In this document: positions 11,108 to 23,570 of the stretch, piece by piece
Numbering within the stretch: position 1 is the stretch's first letter
How the letters are laid out: the number at the start of each line of letters is the position of its first letter
Assembly: GCA_051294375.1 (NCBI GenBank)
Contig: JBJCIZ010001670.1
Location: forward strand, 38,805-70,409
Direction: 5' to 3'
DNA length: 31,605 nt
DNA from: Paraspadella gotoi
Lineage: Eukaryota > Animalia > Chaetognatha
Translations under genes and position numbers: made by a program
Notes under the pieces: model-generated
The model's input: only the letters and a program-made list of their open reading frames with translations
Database searches by the model: none
Told to the model about the DNA's origin: nothing

Positions 11108-13005
11108 GCATTTTTTCCCGCCTTCTCGTTTTCCCAGTTTTATTTTTCTTTGCTGTTGCCAATCCGCCCCTTTCATACGATTAAAGCTCATGACCATTTG
11201 AAAAATAAATAAATTAATCAATCATTGAATCAATCAATCAATCAATGATACTTTAGATTTTAAATTGTATACAGTGTGAATATATGTATATATGTTGTAT
11301 ATTGTACGTACATTTTATGCAAATGACTGTATTAATCATTTCTAAACTAACTCAACCCTATTTTTTTCTCTTCCCTCTCTCCTCTTTCCTTTCTCTTCTT
11401 CATCTCCTCAACCTCTCTTTTCTCCTCTTTCCTTTCTCTTCTTCATCTCCTCGACCTCTCTTTTCTCCTCTTTCCTTTCCTTCCTCCTCTCTTCCTCTCT
11501 TCCTCCCTTCCTCCTTTCTTCCCTCCTCTCCATTTAATCCCCGGGATTGTTGGAAGGAACTCGCAAATCCGCAAATCTCGTTCTCAATTTACATTCATTT
11601 TAACGCGATTTCCCTGTAAATGTAAAATGTACATTCATGTTTAGTGAACGAAAATCATTAACGTTTCTGTTGGTGCAACAGTGACTCTTGGTTCGATTCC
11701 TGAAAGATAATATTATAATGTTACGAAATTGAAACAAACAATATGAAATTTATCTATTCGCTCAATAAATGAGCTTTCTTGCCCCTGACTTTTGAGCGGC
11801 TTTGGTGGGGTAACTCCTCGATTCCCAGAGCACCTGGCTTTCCTATCAATGAAGTATAATATATATATATTTATATATATAATTATGTATATTATATATA
11901 TATTTTATATATATAATTATGTATAAATGAATCACTCGCTTAAGTAAAAAATGCTAGCGTCCACGGTTATACAATATGACTCGAGGTTCCAAGTTATGGA
12001 ATCAGTAGGACAGAGAAAAAAAATGAGGAACGCGAGAGAGAAAAATAATTTTGTTAAGGGAGACGTGAAATTGGAAGAAGATGCGAGGAGAAAATGGGGA
12101 AGGAAAGAAAAGAGGAAAGGGCAGGAAGAGGTAAGGGCAGGAAGAGGTAAGGGAGTTTCCTCTGCACTTAAGTGGAGATTACATTTCCATTTCTATGGAA
12201 ATGAAGAAAGAGGGAGGAACGGAGAGATGAGGTGGAGTGAGAGTGAGACGAAATGAAAATGTGGAACTGTGAAAGAGTGAAGGAGTCAAAAGTGATGAAG
12301 TTAAAGACGTGAAAAAAGTGAAAAGTGAAAAAAGAGGAAAAATGAGAGAGTAGAAGGAGGAAAGAAAAGGAGAAAAAAAGATAAAGAGGAGGAGGAGGAG
12401 ATGAAGGGGAAGGAGGAAGAGGAGGATGAAGAGGAAGAGGAGGAGGAAAAAGCTTTATTGGTTGAAGGTTAATCGAATGAATCGTAAACTTTTCAGCAAC
12501 AGTAATTTATTTCCGCTNNNNNNNNNNNNNNNNNNNNNNNNNNNNNNNNNNNNNNNNNNNNNNNNNNNNNNNNNNNNNNNNNNNNNNNNNNNNNNNNNNN
12601 NNNNNNNNNNNNNNNNNNNNNNNNNNNNNNNNNNNNNNNNNNNNNNNNNNNNNNNNNNNNNNNNNNNNNNNNNNNNNNNNNNNNNNNNNNNNNNNNNNNN
12701 NNNNNNNNNNNNNNNNNNNNNNNNNNNNNNNNNNNNNNNNNNNNNNNNNNNNNNNNNNNNNNNNNNNNNNNNNNNNNNNNNNNNNNNNNNNNNNNNNNNN
12801 NNNNNNNNNNNNNNNNNNNNNNNNNNAGAGAGAGAGAGAGAGAGAGAGAAAGAGCTTTACGACCTGCATATAAAAACAGTTAAATCAGCATTTTCTTTCA
12901 CTTTCTCAGAAAACCGTAAAAAATACGAGGCAGTTTCGAGCCAAGCGAAGGAGACCGTAAAAACTCCCTCAGTCATCACCGGGTGTAGGAGACGACGGCG
13001 ACGAT

Positions 13006-13036
<31 letters not shown>

Positions 13037-13719
13037 ATGACGACGACGATGACAGAGACGCGTAAATGGCGCAGACAGGAACAATGGATGACAAAATAGA
13101 AGACAAAAACGGTACGAAACAGCCTAAGTCTATCCTGAGATGATTATGACAAATAAGTGAGAATGATGATGACAACGACGACGAAGACGACGACGACGAC
13201 GACAAAAGCCGAGAACTTTTGTCTTTCCATTTTTCCATCGCTCAAACTCACCCCCCTTTCTCTCTCGCTCTCTCTCTCTCTNNNNNNNNNNNNNNNNNNN
13301 NNNNNNNNNNNNNNNNNNNNNNNNNNNNNNNNNNNNNNNNNNNNNNNNNNNNNNNNNNNNNNNNNNNNNNNNNNNNNNNNNNNNNNNNNNNNNNNNNNNN
13401 NNNNNNNNNCTCTCTCTCTCTCTTGTTTTTTTGGCCGCCGAGGCAATTACTCTTTCAAAAGATGATTTGAAAGTGAGATGATGCGGCCTTGAAGGTTTAC
13501 GCTAAAAGAAGCAAATTACTGAGATGAGCTTCGAAGGTTTTGAAATGGAGAATTGCTTGGGGATGCTTGATCCATTGCTTGTTAAGGATTGGCTGCTTGG
13601 CTGGTCGGTAGTTTCAAAACGAAACAAAGAAATCGAAGTTTAAGATATAAATTAAAATAAGCAGCGTAAGATATTAAAAGTATGATGTACGATATTGAAA
13701 GAAAGACAAAGCAAAAGAA

Positions 13720-14225
13720 TAAAGACACTGTAGTGAAAAAAAGAAACAGCTTGGAAAGAAAGAGACGGCAGTGAAAGAAAGAGACATCAGTGAAAGAAAG
13801 AGTAGGCTGTGAATGAAAGAGCAGTGAAATAAAGAGACTGCGGTGAAAAGAAAAGAGACTGCAGACAAAGAAAGAGACTGCGGTGAAAGAAAGAGACTAC
13901 GGTGAAATAAAAAGAGACAGCATTGAAAGAAAAAGACTGCGGTGAAAGAAAGAGACATCAGTGAAAGAAAGAGTAGGCTGTNNNNNNNNNNNNNNNNNNN
14001 NNNNNNNNNNNNNNNNNNNNNNNNNNNNNNNNNNNNNNNNNNNNNNNNNNNNNNNNNNNNNNNNNNNNNNNNNNNNNNNNNNNNNNNNNNNNNNNNNNNN
14101 NNNNNNNNNNNNNNNNNNNNNNNNNNNNNNNNNNNNNNNNNNNNNNNNNNNNNNNNNNNNNNNNNNNNNNNNNNNNNGAGACTACGGTGAAATAAAAAGA
14201 GACAGCATTGAAAGAAAGAGACGGC
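13720..14225. repeat. About 19-bp minisatellite (gaaagagactgcggtgaaa) spanning the gap 13982-14177
   Basis: Variant units are visible on both sides of the gap. Confidence 0.9.
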
Positions 14226-14298
14226 GCCACGAGCTTTTCTCGGTGCCAAAGTCGAGGTTCTGGCAGCCAAAGGAAAGGGCAACCAATATCCAAATTGC

Positions 14299-14356
<58 letters not shown>

Positions 14357-15074
14357 CCTCCCACTTCTTTGTTTTTCCTTTTCTTTCCTCCTTTTCCAGC
14401 AAGTATGGTGCTTATGGCGAAATTAAAGTATCGTTTTCGTTATTTTCTCTCCTATTTTTTTTCTCCTGTATTTTCCTTCTTTTTTATTTTCTTTTCTCCC
14501 TTTTTTCTCTTTCCTTTCTTTTTCCCTTTTCTTTTCCCAGGAGGATCATTTCCTCCCATTTTCGGCGTCCATTTTGTGATTCTGTGATTTTGTGTGAATG
14601 TGCGACGAAAACGCCTTTATTGGTTTGAGAACTTACCACTATGCAAGAACTTACTTTTAATATACTTCTCTTCATAATTTTACGTATTTGAACGAATCCA
14701 AGTTCTGGCGTAAATATTAGAAATTATTTCGAGACTATCAAATGCTTTATTTTAGCCTACAAATATCAATAAATAATTAAATATTATCTAAAAAGTTTAT
14801 CAGAAAAATACGAACATTTTGGTTTCGCTTTTATTGTAAAACAACAAAAATAACGTTGTTATATTTTTTGAGTTTTCCCCTTTTTTTTTGAGAAAAAACC
14901 CTGACACCCTGACGATTGGCAACCAATAAAGGAAGAGGAAGATAAGGAGGAGGAGAAGGAGGAGGAGGAGGAGGAGGAGGAGGAGGAGGAGGAGGGCGCT
15001 CTCTCTCTCTCTTCTTTCTTTTCCCTCTGGGGAACACTGAGAGATAATTGCTTCTTTGCTTTGTACCTCCCAGT

Positions 15075-15235
15075 CTCTTCTTTTCCATCTCTTCTTCCCA
15101 TCTCTTTTTCCCATCTCTTCTTTTCATCTCTTCTTCCCATCTATTCTTCCCATCTATTCTCCCCATCTATTCTTCCCATTTATTCTTCTCATTTCTTCTT
15201 TTTCATCTATTCTTCCCATCTCTTCTTCCCATCTT
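15075..15235. repeat. About 13-bp pyrimidine-rich tandem repeat (tcttcccatctat)
   Basis: Roughly a dozen degenerate copies. Confidence 0.8.
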
Positions 15236-15491
15236 TACGCCTTCTCTCTCCCAACTTCGACTGACTCTGTTTGTTTCCTTTTTTTTTTCAAAGTCTTTGC
15301 CTTGTTTTTTACCTCACCGTTTTCCAATACTTCACTTTTTCCCTCTTTTAAATCATAAATTATCCGAAGCGTCCATTTTGTGACTATATTTTCTGTACGT
15401 TCTGAGTCAGTTCAAATCCATCAAAATAGTTTCGTCGAAGAGAGAAGAGAGAGAGAGAAAGAGAGAGAGACGAGACGATGAGCAGAGTAGA

Positions 15492-15524
<33 letters not shown>

Positions 15525-16390
15525 GAGATAGAGAAGAAAGAGACAACATGCCACATCCTTCTCATTTCCTCCCCTCCAAAAAAGATGAGAGAGAGAGAAG
15601 AGCAGAGACGCAGAGAGCAAAGAGACATGAAGATGTACCCGAGAGAGATAGAGACGGAAGACGACGAGAGAGAGAGAGCATCGATGTAAAATCGTCGATC
15701 ACCAAATCTGATTTTCTTCTTTTCCTTCTGTCGATTTTTTTCGTGAATCAATCGCTCAAATCACGCGCCTCCGTTCCTCCCTCTGTGAACAACCTCACCA
15801 TTGACACGCCCTACTCGCCAACCCCTAAGCTCTCACTTTTTTCTCTCTCTGACCCGAATTCAAAATGGCGTCTAACTTTCCTCACCTTTTTTCACCTCTT
15901 TACATTGGATTTTTAATAAACTTTTTAAACTTTCACAGTAAACTTTCTTCTCTTTTTTCTCTTCCCCTTTCCTCCCTTTCCTTTCTTTCGCTTTTCTTTT
16001 CATCTTCCTCTCTTTCCTCTCTTTCCTTTTCCTCCTATTTCCTCTCCTCCCTTTCCATTCTTTCTCTTTTCTTTTCATCTTCCTCCCTTTCCTCTCTCTC
16101 GCTTCGCGCGTGAGGCGACGTCGGCGTCCCTCAATTATTCCTCAACGAAACTAATTAAGTCACGAGATCAACCGAAGAATTTCAACGTCGACGACGACGA
16201 CGACGATGACGACGATTTGGACGATGACGACGACGATCCTTAACGAAATATGGATTTCGAAAATTAGACATTATGAAAAATCAATAACTAATTGATCTAA
16301 CTTTAACCGATCGATATAAATGACAACCTCGCTAAAGATTTTGAAATCTCAAAGACGAAAATTTCAGCGACAAGAAGACCAAGAGACACG

Positions 16391-16392
<2 letters not shown>

Positions 16393-16422
<30 letters not shown>

Positions 16423-16500
16423 AACAACAACTCCAACGACAACAACGACAACTCCGACGACAACAACGACAACTCCGACGACAACAACGACAACTCCGAC
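16393..16500. repeat. (CAACGA)n grading into a 21-bp unit caacgacaactccgacgacaa
   Basis: Directly visible; it generates the spurious QR- and V-repeat ORFs. Confidence 0.85.
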
Positions 16501-16586
16501 CACCCCAGAGGTGACGACAGCTTCCTCAAAATGAGATTAAGTCGTCGATGATGAAAAGAGTTTCGCTCTCGAGCCGCCGTTTATGC

Positions 16587-16676
<90 letters not shown>

Positions 16677-17293
16677 TTCAATTTCCCCGCCAATTCTGCA
16701 TAATCTCCCCTGCCCCATTTTTCCGCACGAATTCACGTCGTCGTCGTCATCATCTTCGTCGTCGTCGTCGTCGTCGTTGTTCCACGTCATCGTTCGTCTT
16801 CTTCGTTGTTGTTCATCTTTTTCGCCGTCGTTCGTCTTCTTTTCTCTATTCGTTCAGTTCATTTCCATACATGTTTCTACGTTTCCAAAACGTAATATTC
16901 TTTAAACTCATTTGCATATTGCTATAAAGCGATAAGTTTCGTTTGCTTTTAGTTCTTTGTACGTAAAGATTAATTTGCAGTTTATTTTACTTCGCATGTT
17001 TTTGTTGTTTTTTTTTGTTGTTTTTTTTTTGGTATCTCAAAATTTCCTTAAGCATACATATATAAAACTAAGATAATGAATTCCAAATCAAAATAGTATC
17101 GTTATGTTCTTAGGGTCTCAACCTATTTTGCTGGTTGTGATACTGTTAATAATTAGAAAATTTCAAAATATTGGATTTCGGTAAGGCTAAAAAACAATTA
17201 TCTCTAAATAGCCGCGAGGATTTTTTAAATAATATTTATTGAAATATTTATAAAAAAAGATAAGGACTGATGGTAAAAGTAACGGCGAAGACG

Positions 17294-17324
<31 letters not shown>

Positions 17325-17614
17325 TGTCGACCTGTCCTCCCATCCCGAGCGATAAACGACGCTTAGTCGCAAAGTGGCTCTCGATTTTTCGCTAAAACTC
17401 TGGGGAGGAAGTAAGGAAGTAGGGAGAGACGAAAGAGATGATCATAGGGAGGAAGTGGCAAAAAAAGATAGGACTAGAAGGGAGGAAGAGAAAAAAGGGA
17501 GAAAGTAAAGAAAGGAGGGACACAAAAAAGAAGAGGCGAGGGGAGAAAGAGAGGAAAGAGAGGAAAGAAAGGAAAGAAAAGAGGTGCAATGGAAGGAAGA
17601 GGCGATGAGAGGGG

Positions 17615-17785
17615 AGAAAGAGAGGAAAGGGAGCAAAGAAAAGAACGAAAGGGGGTACAAGAAAAGGAAGAGGCAATTGGAGGAAGAGAGAAAAGGGACG
17701 AAAGAAAGGAAAGAAAGGAGGTACAAGAAAAGGAGGAGGCAATTGGAGGAAGAGAGGAAAGGGAGTAAAGAAAAGAAAGGGAGGA
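17615..17785. repeat. About 63-bp purine-rich tandem duplication (about 2.5 copies)
   Basis: ggtacaagaaaagg[a/g]..aggcaattggaggaagagag occurs twice, 63 bp apart. Confidence 0.75.
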
Positions 17786-18119
17786 AAGAAAAGAAAGAAA
17801 GGAGGTAGAAGAAATGGAGGCAAGGGAAAGGGGCGGGCGCGAATTCAAATCTCTCCGACGCCACAAAAAAAGACGCCGTCGACCGGCGTGAAATGGCCAC
17901 GGAGGAGGAGGAGGAAGAGGAGGAGGATGAGGAGGATGAGGAGGCGAAATGGAGCGAAGCGAATCCGGAGACCAAAAGTGGATGAAAAGGTTTTTGTGGC
18001 TGAGAAACGGAGTGGGGGGGGGGAGAGGTCGGAGAGTAGGGTGGTTCAGTTTTGGATGGAATGCGCTGGAGTAAGTGTGAAAATAGCGAAGATTGCTGGT
18101 TTGTCGGATATTAAGAAGA

Positions 18120-18950
18120 NNNNNNNNNNNNNNNNNNNNNNNNNNNNNNNNNNNNNNNNNNNNNNNNNNNNNNNNNNNNNNNNNNNNNNNNNNNNNNNNN
18201 NNNNNNNNNNNNNNNNNNNNNNNNNNNNNNNNNNNNNNNNNNNNNNNNNNNNNNNNNNNNNNNNNNNNNNNNNNNNNNNNNNNNNNNNNNNNNNNNNNNN
18301 NNNNNNNNNNNNNNNNNNNNNNNNNNNNNNNNNNNNNNNNNNNNNNNNNNNNNNNNNNNNNNNNNNNNNNNNNNNNNNNNNNNNNNNNNNNNNNNNNNNN
18401 NNNNNNNNNNNNNNNNNNNNNNNNNNNNNNNNNNNNNNNNNNNNNNNNNNNNNNNNNNNNNNNNNNNNNNNNNNNNNNNNNNNNNNNNNNNNNNNNNNNN
18501 NNNNNNNNNNNNNNNNNNNNNNNNNNNNNNNNNNNNNNNNNNNNNNNNNNNNNNNNNNNNNNNNNNNNNNNNNNNNNNNNNNNNNNNNNNNNNNNNNNNN
18601 NNNNNNNNNNNNNNNNNNNNNNNNNNNNNNNNNNNNNNNNNNNNNNNNNNNNNNNNNNNNNNNNNNNNNNNNNNNNNNNNNNNNNNNNNNNNNNNNNNNN
18701 NNNNNNNNNNNNNNNNNNNNNNNNNNNNNNNNNNNNNNNNNNNNNNNNNNNNNNNNNNNNNNNNNNNNNNNNNNNNNNNNNNNNNNNNNNNNNNNNNNNN
18801 NNNNNNNNNNNNNNNNNNNNNNNNNNNNNNNNNNNNNNNNNNNNNNNNNNNNNNNNNNNNNNNNNNNNNNNNNNNNNNNNNNNNNNNNNNNNNNNNNNNN
18901 NNNNNNNNNNNNNNNNNNNNNNNNNNNNNNNNNNNNNNNNNNNNNNNNNN
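18120..18950. other. Largest assembly gap (831 N)
   Basis: Other gaps: 12518-12826, 13282-13409, 13982-14177, 19183-19468, 20381-20750, 22165-22532, 23172-23429, 24785-24809, 27678-27702. Most abut microsatellites. Confidence 0.99.
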
Positions 18951-18973
18951 TTCTTCCCTGCGCCTACCGACAT
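18951..18973 (-). CDS. Mnx: Putative start of Mnx first coding exon; the remainder would be hidden in the N-gap 18120-18950
   Basis: aagATG TCG GTA GGC GCA GGG AAG AA|NNN = MSVGAGK(N/K). Purine at -3. Resembles the Mnx N-terminus (human MEKSKNFRIDALL). Right strand and upstream of the homeobox exon. Only 23 nt are visible. Confidence 0.45.
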
Positions 18974-20281
18974 CTTTCATAAAAGCGCTCGAAGAAAAAG
19001 CTGAGTTCAATTTTTCAAAGAACTGAGTTTAATTGAAAGGAAAGCCTCGGAGGAGGAGGAGGAGGAGGAAGAGGAAAAAGGGAGGGAGGAAAAGGAAAAA
19101 GGAAAGGAAATGACAGAGGCAGGATTGTTATGCAAAGAACAAAGGGGCTGGGCAGAGATGGAGAGAGAGAGAGGGAGAGAGANNNNNNNNNNNNNNNNNN
19201 NNNNNNNNNNNNNNNNNNNNNNNNNNNNNNNNNNNNNNNNNNNNNNNNNNNNNNNNNNNNNNNNNNNNNNNNNNNNNNNNNNNNNNNNNNNNNNNNNNNN
19301 NNNNNNNNNNNNNNNNNNNNNNNNNNNNNNNNNNNNNNNNNNNNNNNNNNNNNNNNNNNNNNNNNNNNNNNNNNNNNNNNNNNNNNNNNNNNNNNNNNNN
19401 NNNNNNNNNNNNNNNNNNNNNNNNNNNNNNNNNNNNNNNNNNNNNNNNNNNNNNNNNNNNNNNNNNNNGTGTTTTTACGGCTCAGCGCTCCTCCTCTTCC
19501 TCATAATGAAAAACGCGGCTCTCTAAGCGAGAGAGAAAGCGAGAGAGCGAGCGATAAAGACAGAAGAATCTAGAAAAGACAGAGAGCGAGAGAGCGTGAT
19601 GGAGAGAAGAGGAGGAAAAATCAAAAGGAAGAAAAAAAAGGTTGGGAAGGGTTAATTGAGTGAGATTCTCTCAGACAATTGAATGGTGATTAGTTTGGCG
19701 TCCGGGAGCAGAGAGAGGGAAATCCGAGGGAGAACCAGAAACTGATTTCCTTTTAAACTCTTTTAATTTGCGGAGCAGGGGGGGGGGAATGAGGGCCCGT
19801 CCGTACTTGGATCCAGTCCGCGGATCCGTACGCCTTTGTCCGTTCGGATATTAAGGACGGGATTCGATTTGCGGACTGAGGGAGGAACTTTTTAAACTTA
19901 ATTCGTACGAGATAGAAATAAGAATCATATTCCTTAATTTTTTTAATACAGTTAATAACTGATGGATGTATCTTGTTAACATTGAACTTTTCTGAATAAG
20001 GCTTATCACATTCTATCACACTCTCAACTATGCACTTTTATTGCGAACCTTTGACCGCACGGCCTCGGCACCCAAAGGGCCCGAGAAAGAAGAAATTAAA
20101 ATAAAGAAAAAAGCAAAGAAAAAAGCAAAAAAAAAAAAATAACAGGGAATAAATAAAGAATAAAAAACACAAAAAGGGAAAAGAAAAAAAATGTGAATAA
20201 AAAATGAAGTCGCAGGTAGAGAAAGAATCCATCCATCATCGCACGACTTTCGTCAGTATTTGATGCTGAGAAGTTGATGTT

Positions 20282-20326
<45 letters not shown>

Positions 20327-20856
20327 TTCCGAGACCCGGAAGTGAAAAAGCAGAAATGAATAATGGAGAGAAAATCTGGANNNNNNNNNNNNNNNNNNNN
20401 NNNNNNNNNNNNNNNNNNNNNNNNNNNNNNNNNNNNNNNNNNNNNNNNNNNNNNNNNNNNNNNNNNNNNNNNNNNNNNNNNNNNNNNNNNNNNNNNNNNN
20501 NNNNNNNNNNNNNNNNNNNNNNNNNNNNNNNNNNNNNNNNNNNNNNNNNNNNNNNNNNNNNNNNNNNNNNNNNNNNNNNNNNNNNNNNNNNNNNNNNNNN
20601 NNNNNNNNNNNNNNNNNNNNNNNNNNNNNNNNNNNNNNNNNNNNNNNNNNNNNNNNNNNNNNNNNNNNNNNNNNNNNNNNNNNNNNNNNNNNNNNNNNNN
20701 NNNNNNNNNNNNNNNNNNNNNNNNNNNNNNNNNNNNNNNNNNNNNNNNNNAAGCGACATCTTCGGAGGAAAAAGGTAGAAGAGATAAAATTTTGAGGGGG
20801 TAAGAAATTGCATGAATGCTTGAACGAATGATTCAATGAAAAAATGACTGAATGAC

Positions 20857-20908
20857 TGAATGAATGAATGAATGAATGAATGAATGAATGAATGAATGAA
20901 TGAATGAA
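20857..20908. repeat. (TGAA)n microsatellite
   Basis: Pure tetranucleotide run. Confidence 0.95.
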
Positions 20909-21594
20909 CATATGAATCCTTTCTTTTAATTTTCAGTTCATTGAAAAACTTTTTCAGATTAAAGTCACAAATAACAACAATGACGACGACCACGAGCCAA
21001 TCCTTCTTTCGGTTTCCAATCGCAAAAAAACATTGACGACGCCAGAAGAATGACGCCTTGTCTCACAGCGTCTTCACGTCTCAACAAAAAAATGTCTTAT
21101 GGTTATTAGACAATTGCTTCACATAAACACGACATATTAACTTCACGGATAGAATCACAGCCTCAAGCAAATAAATGCCTCGAGGTCCCCGCGGGGTCTT
21201 TCACAGCCTTTCACAGCCTTTCACAAACTCGTCGTAAAATCACAGCCTCGCCAGCTCACGGCGGCACGCGATTGCATCTCCGAGGTGATGAGGAAGAAAG
21301 GGCACCATATTTGTCAACACCCCGTTTGCATCACCCTTAACTCCCAACCGAAGAAACTTCCTTCTCAACCCAAAAGGCCGACTCCCTTCTACACTTCCCC
21401 CCTTCCCTCCCTTCCTCCCGGCACCGAAGCACAATGAGACGCTTAGCACCATATTTGGAGATAAAAAGGTTCGTCGAACCGAAATGGCATCGGGATGGCG
21501 TCGGGATGGCACCGCGATGGCATCGAGATGGAACCGCCGACAGGATGGAATTAGTTAATGACTCTGAAGAAAAAGCGGTTGATGATGAGAGCGG

Positions 21595-21760
21595 GATGAG
21601 ATGAGATGAGATGAGATGAGATGAGATGAGATGAGATGAGATGAGATGAGATGAGATTACATTAGATTAGATTAGATTAGATTAGATTAGATTAGATTAG
21701 ATTAGATTAGATTATATTAGATGAGATCAGATGAGATGAGTTGAGATGACATGAGATCAG
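21595..21760. repeat. Compound pentanucleotide microsatellite (ATGAG)n-(ATTAG)n-(ATGAG)n
   Basis: In-register switch ATGAG to ATTAG at about 21656 and back at 21721. Confidence 0.95.
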
Positions 21761-22060
21761 AGCAAAAGAAGCCTCAGAGACTTAGCTATATGACCAATTC
21801 AAAATTACTTATATCATTAACATTAACTTATACAATTAACTTTTCGCTCTCCCTTTTCCTCCACAGATACATAACCGACAACGAATAATTCGCTTCCCAT
21901 CTTTAAAATCCTGACCTTTCGAAATTATTATTAAGTTAATGATTAAGCTAATAGCGTTTTCTCCGTCTCTTTAATGACTAGAAAGGAAAAGAATGAAATT
22001 AGCAGCGAACGGAAAGGCGGTGAAAAAGGTTGGGGAGAAGCGGTCGTCGTCGTCGTCGTT

Positions 22061-22092
<32 letters not shown>

Positions 22093-22642
22093 TTTTCATC
22101 ATCTTCACCGCGACGAACGAAGATATAGTGATTAATGCGGGAAAATTATTCGCGCCGATAATCGNNNNNNNNNNNNNNNNNNNNNNNNNNNNNNNNNNNN
22201 NNNNNNNNNNNNNNNNNNNNNNNNNNNNNNNNNNNNNNNNNNNNNNNNNNNNNNNNNNNNNNNNNNNNNNNNNNNNNNNNNNNNNNNNNNNNNNNNNNNN
22301 NNNNNNNNNNNNNNNNNNNNNNNNNNNNNNNNNNNNNNNNNNNNNNNNNNNNNNNNNNNNNNNNNNNNNNNNNNNNNNNNNNNNNNNNNNNNNNNNNNNN
22401 NNNNNNNNNNNNNNNNNNNNNNNNNNNNNNNNNNNNNNNNNNNNNNNNNNNNNNNNNNNNNNNNNNNNNNNNNNNNNNNNNNNNNNNNNNNNNNNNNNNN
22501 NNNNNNNNNNNNNNNNNNNNNNNNNNNNNNNNTCTCTCTCTCTCTCTCTCTCTCGCTCTCGTTCCCGCTGGCTCATTAACAGAATCATCAGTGTTACCCC
22601 ATGGGAACAGAAAAGAAGCCTTTTTTTCCATGGGGTTGAAGG

Positions 22643-22674
<32 letters not shown>

Positions 22675-22905
22675 AACAAAAGACGGAGCGAAAAAAAAAG
22701 ACAGAGAGCGAGACAAAGTGTGCGGGTCGGAGTCGTGAAGAGGGGCCATTTTTCCGGGTTTTCCTCATCCTCTTCCTCCTCTTATTGATTTAACAAGAGA
22801 ATCTTCCTCTTCTTTGCGTGCGAACGGTCGCGTGCGACAAGGACTGAGTGAAGTTTGCACGCGGAAGGGTAAGGATCGACGTGCGTGCGGAGAAGGGTAA
22901 GTTTT

Positions 22906-22978
<73 letters not shown>

Positions 22979-23497
22979 CGTGATTGCCTGGGTTCGCGTT
23001 GTAAAAATCGAAAATGGAATCGAATCTTTGTTGTTGTTGTCGTCGTCTTGAAAATGAGTCGGAGGAGGAAATCAGGATCTACTTTTCGCGGCGACGAAGT
23101 CGACGACCGAAGCGTTAATCGTTCCAAAGATAAATCACTCCGCCGCGGCAGCGACTGCGGCGGCGGCGGCGNNNNNNNNNNNNNNNNNNNNNNNNNNNNN
23201 NNNNNNNNNNNNNNNNNNNNNNNNNNNNNNNNNNNNNNNNNNNNNNNNNNNNNNNNNNNNNNNNNNNNNNNNNNNNNNNNNNNNNNNNNNNNNNNNNNNN
23301 NNNNNNNNNNNNNNNNNNNNNNNNNNNNNNNNNNNNNNNNNNNNNNNNNNNNNNNNNNNNNNNNNNNNNNNNNNNNNNNNNNNNNNNNNNNNNNNNNNNN
23401 NNNNNNNNNNNNNNNNNNNNNNNNNNNNNGAGAGAGAGAGACTCACTCCCTCGTGCACGTAATTGGCCAGATAAAAAGCGCCCATTTTGTTAAACGA

Positions 23498-23535
23498 TTT
23501 TTAAACTTGTAGGACTGAGCAGGACAAAATGAGAG

Positions 23536-23570
<35 letters not shown>

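Noticed and set aside
11671-11701. A-box-like tggtgcaacag and B-box ggttcgattc
   Set aside because: Spacing is far too short for a tRNA and there is no cloverleaf. At most a deleted SINE remnant.
17884-17975. Pro-rich minus-strand frame ending WPFHA G|gtcgac as a possible end of Mnx exon 1
   Set aside because: Derived from a (GGA)n repeat, poor donor consensus, and no resemblance to the conserved pre-homeodomain Mnx segment.
23135-23171. Minus-strand poly-Ala (AAAAAVAAAAE) at a gap edge as a possible Mnx exon 1
   Set aside because: It ends in TGA, and the only nearby donor is weak and phase 2, whereas phase 1 is required.
12426-23512. Long ORFs in the track containing X runs or ERER, LSLS, poly-S and poly-R tracts
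   Set aside because: Artefacts of N-gaps and microsatellites.
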